The notes: generated from the letters alone by a model not told the origin. A stretch of 25,830 nucleotides of DNA from Octopus sinensis (GCF_006345805.1 NW_021836218.1:1-25830), one strand, 5' to 3'; shown: positions 1 through 10,485, numbered from the stretch's first letter. Numbers and translations: made by a program.

Positions 1-675
1 AGAATAACCACTATCATCATAACAATTTTATAGTAGAAAGTAAGCAGAAGGGATGGTCACATTTGGAATGTGTTTGATCAAAGGACCTGCTCGGTCATGG
101 AGAGACCTGGGATTAAATAATTACACAGCAATAACCACTACCATCATAACGATTGCTACAGTAGAAAGTAAGCAGAAGGGATGGTCACATTTGGAATGTG
201 TTTGATCAAAGGACCTGCTTGGACATGGAGAGACCTGGGGTTAAATAATTACACAGCAATAACCACTACCATCATAACGATTGCTACAGTAGAAAGTAAG
301 CAGAAGGGATGGTCACATTTGGAATGTGTTTGATCAAAGGACCTGCTCGGTCATGGAGAGACCTGGGGTTAAATAATTACAACAGCAATAACCACTACCA
401 TCATAACGATTGCTATAGTAGAAAGTAAGCAGAAGGGATGGTCACATTTGGAATGTGTTTGATCAAAGGACCTGCTCAGACATGGAGAGACCTGGGGTTA
501 AATAATCACAGCAGCAACAACAATCACTAGCATTGTAACCATTGCTATCATACAAAGCAATACTGGAGGGATTGCCACATTAGGAATGCATTTGATCACA
601 GGGCATGCTTGACCACAGTGAGGCCTAGGGCTGAAAAATAACAACAACACAACAGCAATCACTACTGTCATAACC
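1..675. repeat. 128-bp minisatellite: four near-identical units (about 3-515), one diverged unit (about 516-655) and the start of a sixth
   Basis: GTAGAAAGTAAGCAGAAGGGATGGTCAC recurs at 33, 161, 289, 418 (period 128-129). The fifth unit keeps GGAGGGATTGCCACATTAGGAATGCATTTGATCAC. The array probably continues left of the window. Confidence 0.95.
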
Positions 676-1046
676 CTCCCCACCCCACCCCCTTCCCCAC
701 CGGCTATCATACATGACAGCTCTCTACCCACATCATCACTCTACCCCCACTTCATTTCGTCTCCCCTCCTCCTCCTCTTCCTCCTGCCACCCAGCACCAT
801 TGGGCCTACCTACCACCACCACCACCACCACCACCACCACCACCCACACACACACACACATTCCACTTCCGCCCCCTCCACTGCCCCCCACCGCTTCCTA
901 CTTTGTACCGATTCCGCAGAAAAAGCATCGTATATCACACATGTCAAAATTTTTGTACTGATGTAACCATTTTCAATTGATGGCCTTAGGTTAGTGGAAG
1001 GCGTGGATGAATGGCTAGCGGAGTGCCTGTAGTGGAGCGTTGAAGC

Positions 1047-1277
1047 TATATACATACATATAAATATATATATATATGTGCATCTTATATACACATATAT
1101 ATATATATATTATATATATATATAATATATATATATGTATATATGTGTGTGTATGTATATACATATATACATATCTACATAAACACACATGTGTGTATTT
1201 ATATATATCTGTCTATATATATGTGTGTGTATGTGTATATATATATGTATTTATTTATATAGACATCTCACACTCTT

Positions 1278-1324
<47 letters not shown>

Positions 1325-1553
1325 AATATGTATATAAATATATGTGTGCGTGTGTGTATACATGTAATATAAATATGTGTGTGTATATATATATATTGTG
1401 TACATAAATATTGTGTGTGGGTGTATATGTGTATAAATATATGTGTGTGTGTGCGCGTATGTTGTATTATACATCTATTTCAAACTCATCTCACTGGCTC
1501 CTTTTTCTTTCTCTCTCTATCCACAACCTCTTTTTAAGCAGAGCAATCACACA

Positions 1554-1584
<31 letters not shown>

Positions 1585-1760
1585 CACAAATGGGATCCCA
1601 TACGTGTGTGTGTGTGTGTGGTGTGGATATACTTTTTAACTTGAATTAAAAACCTAATGTATAAATTTCCAAAATCATTTTCTGTTATTACTACACTTGT
1701 CACTCATTTTTGTTGAAATCTATGTGTGTATACATGTGTATACATGCATGTGTGTGTGGT

Positions 1761-1796
<36 letters not shown>

Positions 1797-2340
1797 TTGG
1801 TGCAAATATATAAATATACACACATACATATATATATAAAGATACACATATTCTCTCACACACATATATATATACTTATACGCATGCATATATACCATAT
1901 ATACACACATATACATATACACATACATATGCATACCCACACAGACATATATATATATAGATACATATACATTTATATATACATATATAGAACATATATA
2001 TATATATATATACATATATATATAGATAGATAGATATATATATATATTTATATATATAAGCACACTTACACACAAAAATATATGTGTATATATATTCATA
2101 GATAGACTCACAAATATAAGTGTGTATATATTGATACACTTTCACAATATGTGTACATATATATTTATAATATACATATATGTGTTCTATGTATGGTGTA
2201 TACTTACACCTATATTTATGAATATGTATATAAGATTATACATACATGCGTGCATACATATGTTGTATATGTTTTGTACGTGCATGCAAGTATACATGTC
2301 TTGTACACGCACATGTGTGTATATGGTGTCTGTGTGTATC
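1047..2340. repeat. Compound (TA)n/(TG)n/(CA)n/(TC)n microsatellite field with short unique gaps
   Basis: Direct reading; the YI/CV/HT-rich ORFs here are its translations. Confidence 0.95.
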
Positions 2341-2537
2341 CATCCTTATAACTGGTGTTAGTTTGTTTACATTCCTGCAAGAGAGAGGGAGACTAAGCAT
2401 CAGGCTTGCAAATATAAAAGATTCGTCAAACTGGTTGAGTACAACCTTTAGTAGGTCACAAGTCAAAGGATTGAAATTTGTAAAAGAATAAAAGAAAAGA
2501 AATAAGAACTGAGATAGACAAGCCCTACACCAGCATG

Positions 2538-3290
2538 AAACATTGTTGATAGTGGGGCCAAAATCTCCCTTTAACCTGATTACTGATAGAAAATTCCAAA
2601 TTCTGAGACAAATCTGTGAAACTAACCTAAACCAGAGAACAAGGTATAGTCAAATTGCAACCACCAGCAGAAGTATTCTCTTGGTGATTTCAAAAACAAT
2701 TGTTGATAGTGGGGCCAAATCTCCCTTTAATTGAGCATAGAAAATTCCAAATTCTGAGACAACTGTGAAACTAACCTAAAACCAGAGAACAGAGGTATCG
2801 TCAAATTGCACACCACCAGCAGAAGTTTTCTCTTGGAATTTCAATTTCAAAACATTGTTGATAGTGTGGCCAAAATCTCCCTTTAACTGAGCATAGAAAA
2901 TTCCAAATCTGAGACACAAACCGTGAAACTAACCTAAACCAGAGAACAAAGGTATCATCAAATTGCAACCACCAGCAGAAGTTTTCTCTTGGTGAATTTC
3001 AAAACATTGTTGATAGTGGGGCCAAAATCTCCCTTTAACTGAGCATAGAAAATTCCAAATTCTGAGACAATCTGTGAAACTAACCTATATCATCAAATTG
3101 CAACCATCAGCAGAAGTTTTCTCTTGGTGAATTTCAAAAACATTGTTGATAGTGGGGCCAAAATCTCCCTTTAACTGAGCATAGAAAATTCCAAATTCTG
3201 AGACAACCTGTGAAACTAACCTAAACCAGAGAACAGAGGTATCATCAAATTGCAACCACTAGCAGAAGTTTTTTCTTGGTAAATTTCGAA
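2538..3290. repeat. About 153-bp tandem repeat, five copies
   Basis: TGTTGATAGTG(G/T)GGCCAAA recurs at 2544, 2701, 2856, 3008, 3144. Copy 4 lacks 16 nt (AACCAGAGAACAGAGG). Confidence 0.95.
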
Positions 3291-3685
3291 AATTTTCCAG
3301 TAGTTAATATGTCACAGACATTCAGCCTCAGAAAAATCTTTCTAAAAGATCAGTTGACCAATGATGGAATAATTAAATACCCCTGAATGTAACATTCATT
3401 TTCTGATACTCAAAGGCCAGAGATTAGTAGCTTAGAAAATCGCAGGATGTTTGATCTTGTGACCAGCTTTAAGAAATCAGATGCAGTAACCATTCCAAGT
3501 GTACTAGTGGACTTCACTGTGGATGTTTGTCCACAAAGGATCACAGCTACGTTCATCATGGTTTTCTGGCCCTGTGAAAGTGAAACCCTGAGTAACAAAG
3601 GAGTAAATTCATTGACCGTTGTCCAGTAAATATGTGCATGCCTTTCTTTCTGTCTGTTCGTCTCTATCTCACCCTTTTTCAAATG

Positions 3686-3814
3686 AACACACACACACAC
3701 AAACATATATATATATATTGTGTACATTATATCTATGTATTTATATGATATTTATATGTAATCTATATATATTATATAACATATATAAAGAAGATATACA
3801 ACTACACACACATT

Positions 3815-3857
<43 letters not shown>

Positions 3858-3870
3858 AGATATATACACC

Positions 3871-3903
<33 letters not shown>

Positions 3904-3935
3904 CACATACATATTTGTGTATATAATGTATAGAT

Positions 3936-3974
<39 letters not shown>

Positions 3975-4435
3975 GATATATACACATACTATAATATATA
4001 TATATACACATACATATTTGTGTATATATATGTATATATATGCATATATATATATATATATATATACAATATATATATATATATATTATATATATATATG
4101 TATATATATGTATATATGCATAAATATATATATACATATATATATATATGTATTTATATATAACTTCACACACGTGCACACCAACACACGTATGTGAGTG
4201 TATATACACATACATCCAAGCATACATTCATATATATATATATATATATATATTCATATATGCATGAATGTATGTATATATATAAGTGTATTTGTGTGTT
4301 TTTACACATATAAAATTATTTGTATTTATCCTTCACGATAAGTAAATTATTTTGAACGAAATTTCAAATAAATACCTACACACACACACACACACACATA
4401 TGTATGCATATATTTACGTATGTATATGTATATAT
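3686..4435. repeat. Compound (CA)n/(TA)n/(GA)n microsatellite field
   Basis: Direct reading. Confidence 0.93.
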
Positions 4436-4579
4436 AATATAGTATTTTTTTGCTGCGTGTATGTCAATGATATACAAAGCCAGTGTTATTGATTCGGCGC
4501 TATCAGTCCATCTATTGTATGGTTCTATCTCTACAGCATCTCTGACTTTCCAGGCTAGCACGAATCGTTGTGTGCCTTG

Positions 4580-5835
4580 GGTGGAGGTAGCGGTGGCGGC
4601 GGTGGTGGTGGTGGTGGTGTTGTTGGAGGTGTTGGTGGTGCTGGTGGTGGTGGTGGTGTTGGTGGTAGTAGACAGTCTAGTGGTGATGTTGGTGTTGGTG
4701 GTAGTAGACAGTCCAGTGGTGGTGGTGGTAGTGGCGGGGGTAATGGAGGTGGTGGTGGTGATGGTGGTGGTGTTGGAGGTGTTGGTGGTGGTGTTGGTGG
4801 TAGTAGACAGTCTAGTGGTGATGTTGGTGTTGGTGGTAGTAGACAGTCCAGTGGTGGTGGTGGTGGTGGTGGTGATGGTGTTGGAGGTGTTGGTGGTGGT
4901 GATGGTGTTGGTGGTAGTAGACAGTCTAGTGGTGATGTTGGTGTTGGTGGTAGTAGACAGTCCAATGGTGGTGGTGGTGGGGGGGGTAATGGAGGTGGTG
5001 GTGGTGGTGGTGTTGGTGGTAGTAGACAGACCAGTGGTGATGTTGGTGTTGGTGGTGCTGGTGATAGTAGACAGTCCAGTGGTGATGGTGTTGGTGGTGG
5101 TGGGGATGTTGAGGGTAGTGGTGATGGTGGTGGCAGTATTGGTGGTGGTGTTGGTGGTAGTAGACATCCAGTGGTGATGGTGGTGGTGGCAGTATCGGTG
5201 GTGGTGGTGTTGGTGGTAGTAGACAGTCTAGTGGTGATGGTGGTGTTGGTGGTAGTAGACAGTCCAGTGGTGATGGTGGTAGTGGTGGTGGTGATGGTAG
5301 TGGTGATGGAGGTAGTGGTGGTGATGGTGGTGGCAGTATTGGTGGGGTGTTGGTGGTAGTAGACAGTCCATTGGTGATAGTGGTGGTAGTGGTAGCAGTA
5401 TTGGTGGTAGTAGACAGACCAGTAGTGATGTTGGTGTTGGTGGTGCTGGTGATAGTAGACAGTCTAGTGATGATGGTGTTGGTGGAGGCAGTGTTGGTAG
5501 TAGACAGTCCAGTGGTGATGGTGGTATTGGAGGTGTTGGTGGAGGTGGTGGTGGTGTTAGTAGACAGTCTAGTGGTGATGGTAGTATTGGAGGCGGTGGT
5601 GCTAGAGTCTAGTGGTGATGGTGGTGCTGGTGGTGGTATTGGTGGTAGTAGACAGTTCAATGGGGATGGTGGTGTGGAGGTGTCGGTGGTGGTGCCGGTG
5701 CCAGAGATGGTGAAGATGGTGTGGTGAAGATGGTGACGGTGGAGCTGGTGGTGGCAGACAGCCAATGGTGATGGTCATGCTGATGATGTTGATGGCGATA
5801 ATGATGATGATGATGATAAGGGTAGATGTGGTGGT
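4580..5835. repeat. (GGT)n-derived minisatellite with a recurring AGTAGACAGTC(T/C)AGTGGTG core, about 17 copies
   Basis: The core recurs at irregular spacing in a GGT/GTT/GAT background. Confidence 0.92.
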
Positions 5836-6009
5836 GGTGATGGTGGAAGCAGTGGTGTTGTTTAGTCTAAGGTCAACACAGAAAGAACAGTCACAAGTCT
5901 AAGACAAAAACCAGGCAGGCTCCAACCATGCCATCTCCTTCTGAAAGTCTACCTCAAACAACATTGTTTACTGTATTATCAAAACAGTGGGATGGGATTT
6001 GGGGGAAGC

Positions 6010-6163
6010 ATGCAGAGGTCTCCACATTGGCACATTCATAAATAAATACATAAGACACTAGGATGTGATTTGAGGGAGATTTGGTTGCAATTTCTAAGAG
6101 GTCTTCCTACCATGTAGAGGTCTCTCTCATGGGGTCATATACATACATACATATACACACACA

Positions 6164-6198
<35 letters not shown>

Positions 6199-6318
6199 TT
6201 ATATATATATATAAGAAGGGTGTGATTTGAGGGAGATTTAACTGCTATTTCTACCAGATCTTATCACCATATAGTGGTTTTCCTCATTGGGTCATAACAT
6301 ACATACATACATACATAC

Positions 6319-6355
<37 letters not shown>

Positions 6356-7175
6356 TATCTATTTTATATATATATATATATATATACATAAGAAGGGTGT
6401 GATTTGAGGGAGATTTAGCTGCTATTTCTACCAGATTTAATCACCGTATAGTGGTCTTCCTCATTGGGTCATACATATATACATACATAAAACAGTGATT
6501 TGAGGGAGATTTGGCTCTTATTTCTAGCAAGTCTAATTACAATGTAGAGGTCTCTATCACTGACTCATATACATGCATATGACAAAAGGATGTGATCTGA
6601 GACAGATTTGGCTACTATGTCTAACAAATATAGCGACCATGTATATATCTCCCTCACTGGCTCACACATAACTATATACATACATAAGATAGTGTGATTT
6701 GAGAGATATTTGGCTGCTATTTCTACCAGGTCTAGCTACCATGTAGAGGTCCCCCTTATTGGCTCATACATATATATACATACATAAGACAGTAGTGTGT
6801 GATTTGAGGGAGATTTGACTGCTATTTCTAGCAGGTCTAGCTACCATTTAAGGTCCCCCTTATTGGCTCATACATATATATACATACATAAGACAGTATG
6901 TGTGATTTGAGGGAGATTGACTGCTATTTCTAGCAGGTCTAGCTACCATGTAGAGGTCCCCCTTATTGGCTCATACATATATATATATACATAAGACAGT
7001 AGTGTGTGATTTGAGGGAGATTTGACTGCTATTTCTAGCAGGTCTAGCTACCATGTAGAGGTCCCCCTTATTGGCTCATACATATATATACATACATAAG
7101 ACAGTAGTGTGTGATTTGAGGGAGATTTGACTGCTATTTCTAGCAGGTCTAGCTATCAGCTGGAAGTCTCTCCCA
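6010..7175 (+). repeat. Tandem array of ten copies of a 70-80 bp unit (TGTGATTTGAGGGAGATTT..GCTATTTCTA..CCATGTAGAGGTC..ATTGGCTC) separated by (AT)/(ACAT) microsatellite
   Basis: TGAT(T/C)TGAG at 6066, 6223, 6400, 6496, 6593, 6695, 6800, 6903, 7007, 7112. The last four are almost identical (period 103-105). Strand gives relative orientation only. Confidence 0.93.
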
Positions 7176-7289
7176 GTGGATTCGTATTGTTGTTGTTGTT
7201 GTTGTAATGGTTTGGAATTAGATTTTCTCAAGAATGAAATTTATGATAGGCGTGTACAGATTAGATAAACAGTAAATATCAGGTGGTTG

Positions 7290-7328
7290 TGGGGACGGTG
7301 GTGGTGGTGGTGGTGGTGGCTGCAATGT

Positions 7329-7363
<35 letters not shown>

Positions 7364-7687
7364 TGGTGATAATGATGATGATGATGGTGATGGCGATGGT
7401 GACGGCAATGATGATGATGATGGTGACGATCGTGATGGTAATGATGATCATGATGAGGATTGTGGTGGTAAAGATGATGATGATGTTGATGATTATGGTG
7501 GTGATTGTGATGGTGATGATGATGATGATGATGATGATGGTGATGATGAGGATGATGATGGTGATGATGAGGATGATGATGGTGATGATTATGGTGGTGA
7601 TTGTGATGGTGATGATGATGATGATGATGATGATGTTGATGATGAGGATGATGATGGTGATGATGAGGATGATTATGGTGGTGATTG

Positions 7688-7719
<32 letters not shown>

Positions 7720-8262
7720 TTGATGATGAGGATGATGATGTTGATGATGAGGATGATGATGTTGATGATGAGGATGATGATGGTGATGATGAGGATGATG
7801 ATGGTGATGATTATGGTGGTGATTGTGATGGTGATGATGATGATGATGATGAGGATGATGATGGTGATGATGAGGATGATGATGGTGATGATGAGGATGA
7901 TGATGGTGATGATTATGGTGGTGATTGTGATGATGATGATGATTGTGGTGGTAAGGATGATGATGGTGGTGGTGGTAAAGGTGATGATGATGGCGATGGT
8001 GTTGATGATGATGATGACAGCGATGATGATGATGGTGGTGGTAAGGATGACGATGATGATGATGTCGATGATACTGTTGATGATGATGATAATGGTGCTG
8101 GTAGAGATAATGATGATGGTGATGTTGTTGATGGTGATGGTGGTGGTAAAGATGATGATGACGATGATGATGGTAATGGCGGTGACTTTCATGACAACAG
8201 CAGGATGATAATGATGATGATGGTGGTGGCGGCGGTGGTGCTTGACATAATGATGATGATTT
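7290..8262. repeat. Degenerate (GAT/GGT)n trinucleotide tract with a higher-order motif
   Basis: GATTATGGTGGTGATTGTGATG recurs at 7491, 7587, 7671, 7809, 7911. Confidence 0.93.
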
Positions 8263-8264
8263 TG

Positions 8265-8625
8265 GTCTACCAAATCCACTCACAAGGCTTTGGTTGACCC
8301 GTGGCTATAGTAGGAAGGCAGCGAGCTGGCAGAAACGTTAGCATGCCGGGTGAAATGCTTTACGTTTTGAGTTCAAATTCCGTCGAGGTCGACTTTGCCT
8401 TTCATCCATTCGGGGTCAATTAAATAAGTACCAGTTACGCTCTGGGGTCGATATAATCGACTTAATCCGTTTGTCTGTCCTTGTTGGTCCCCTCTATGTA
8501 GCCCCTTGTGGGCAGTAAAGAAATAAGAAATAAGAAAGCACATGCCCATGATGTCATGCAATGGCACTGAACCCAGAACCATGTAGTTGGGAAACTAGCT
8601 TCTTACCACACAGCCACACCTGTGC
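8265..8625 (-). mobile_element. Family B SINE 5' half (tRNA-like head plus CORE-like segment), interrupted by a family A copy
   Basis: Aligns by eye with 13447-13610 (CTACCAAATCCAC.CACAAGGCTTTGG...CTTACCACACAGCCAC), split at about 8316/8535. Confidence 0.85.
8317..8534 (+). mobile_element. Family A tRNA-derived SINE with an internal deletion of about 20 nt
   Basis: Head GGCAGCGAGCTGGCAGAAACGTTAG (A-box-like), GAGTTCAAATTCC (B-box-like), body GTCGACTTTGCCTTTCATCC, tail AAAGAAATAAG. Homologous to 17512-17745. Confidence 0.88.
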
Positions 8626-8637
8626 TTTGTGTCATGT

Positions 8638-9080
8638 AAATCAAAATGAAAATCAAATCAAATCACAATCAAATGGAAATTGGAGTTGTGGCTGATACCA
8701 GTGTCACCTGACTGGCTCCCCATGCCGGTGGCACGTGGGAAGCACCATCCTAACATGGTCGATTCCAGCCCCATAACTACAACTAGCTCCTGTGTCGGTC
8801 ATGCATAAAAAGTACCATCGTAAAAAGCACCCACTACACTCACGGAGCCCTCAATATAGTCTTGACCCCCTTGGGGTGCGACGATCACCAAGAGCGTGAC
8901 TATCCAGCCGGGGCCAACCCGTGACCTGACGGGTCTGATTCTTTCGACTTACGGGTCGGACCACGTCGCTCCATTTACCAGCTGTACAACCTTTGCCAGG
9001 TCAGACTGGAGCTTGGTGCTCAAACCATCCAACCCATGCCAGCATGGAAAACGGACCTTAAACAATGACGATGATGATGA
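8638..9080 (+). mobile_element. Family C non-autonomous retroposon (SINE-like or LINE 3' end) with (GAT)n tail, containing a foreign 130-nt insert at 8848-8977
   Basis: Shares GCCGGTGGCAC, AAAAAGCACCCACTACACTCA and the CCAACCCATGCCAGCATGGAAA..(GAT)n end with 9117-9549. Confidence 0.82.
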
Positions 9081-9116
9081 TTATATATATATATATATTA
9101 TATATATATATATATA

Positions 9117-9545
9117 TCAAAATAAAAACAAAATCGATCAACATCAATGGAAATTGTAGCTGTGATACCGGTGCCGGTGGCACATAAGAGAAGCATCCAA
9201 ATGTGGCCGTTGCCAGTGCCGCCCCGACTGGCTTCCGTGCTGGTGGCACATAAAAAGCACCATCCGATCGTGGTCGTTGCCAGCCTCACCTGGCCACTGT
9301 GCCAGTGGTACATAAAAAGCACCATCCGATCGTGGCCGTTTGCCAGCCTAGTCTGGCACCTGTGTCGGTGGCACGTAAAAAGCACCCACTACACTCATGG
9401 AGTGGTTGGCATTAGGAAGGGCATCCAGCCGTAAAAACATTGCCAGATCAGACTGGGCCTGGTGCAGCCTTCTGGCTTCCCAGACCCCAGTTGCACCGTC
9501 CAACCCATGCCAGCATGGAAAGCGGACGCTAAATGATGATGATGA

Positions 9546-9549
<4 letters not shown>
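9117..9549 (+). mobile_element. Family C retroposon with four internal 62-66 bp subrepeats, a 3' stem-loop and (GAT)n tail
   Basis: The GGTGGCAC(A/G)TAA.A.AAGCA motif starts near 9176, 9242, 9304, 9367. CCATG-CCAG-CATGG hairpin precedes the tail. No tRNA head is seen. Confidence 0.85.
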
Positions 9550-9582
<33 letters not shown>

Positions 9583-9814
9583 CATATATACATATACATA
9601 TATATATATATAATATATACACATATACATATATATATATATATACACATATACATATATATATATATACACATATACCTATATATATGATATTATATAT
9701 ATATAATCACATATACATATATATATATACACATATACATATAATATATATATATACACAATACATATATATATATACACATATACATATATATATATAC
9801 ATATAATATATATA

Positions 9815-9882
<68 letters not shown>

Positions 9883-10052
9883 ATATATATATATATATAT
9901 TATATACACATACATATATATATATATATACACATATACATATAAATCTATATATATATACACATATACATATATATATATACATAATTATATATATATA
10001 CATATACATATATATATAATATACATATACATATATATATATATACATATAC

Positions 10053-10086
<34 letters not shown>

Positions 10087-10128
10087 ATACATATATATAT
10101 ATACATATACATATATATATATACATAT

Positions 10129-10178
<50 letters not shown>

Positions 10179-10279
10179 ACATATACATATATATATATAT
10201 AATCATATATATATATATTATATATATATATACATATATATAATATATATACATATACATATATACATATCATATATAC

Positions 10280-10311
<32 letters not shown>

Positions 10312-10325
10312 ATTTCATATATATA
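9549..10325. repeat. (TA)n/(TACA)n microsatellite
   Basis: Direct reading. Confidence 0.96.
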
Positions 10326-10485
10326 CAACAGGCTTCTTTCAGTTTCCATCTGCTAAATAATACATTCACAAGCTTTGGTCTGCCCAAGGCTATAGAGGAA
10401 GAGACTTGCCCAAGGTGCCAGAGAGTGGAACTGAACCCAGGACGATGTGGTTACGAAGCAAGCTTCTTACCACACAGCCACATTT
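10326..10485 (-). mobile_element. Family B SINE 5' half
   Basis: The reverse complement contains TGGCTGTGTGG (A-box-like), GGGTTCAGTTCC (B-box-like) and CCTTGGGCAAGT, the hallmark motif of the CORE domain. Confidence 0.87.

Noticed and set aside
2246-2491. Short ORFs and an acceptor-like CTCTCTCTTGCAG (minus) in the 2340-2540 island
   Set aside because: The frames run into microsatellite or stop quickly; there is no donor and no recognisable product.
5928-6041. 37-codon ORF MPSPSESLPQ..LAHS with ACCATG context
   Set aside because: Too short, no homology recognised, and its end overlaps a decayed unit of the adjacent array.
2561-7130. AAATCTCCCT shared between the 153-bp array and the reverse complement of the 6.0-7.2 kb unit
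   Set aside because: Only 10 nt match and the flanks do not align; insufficient for homology.
6010-7175. CRISPR-like look: conserved unit with variable spacers
   Set aside because: Units are 70-80 bp, the spacers are microsatellite rather than unique sequence, there are no cas genes and the context is eukaryotic.
8900-8975. Hammerhead or twister ribozyme in the structured insert
   Set aside because: The minus strand has GAC-loop-GUC-GAAA but no CUGANGA before it; the + strand has CUGACGG but no GAAA. No twister core words are present.
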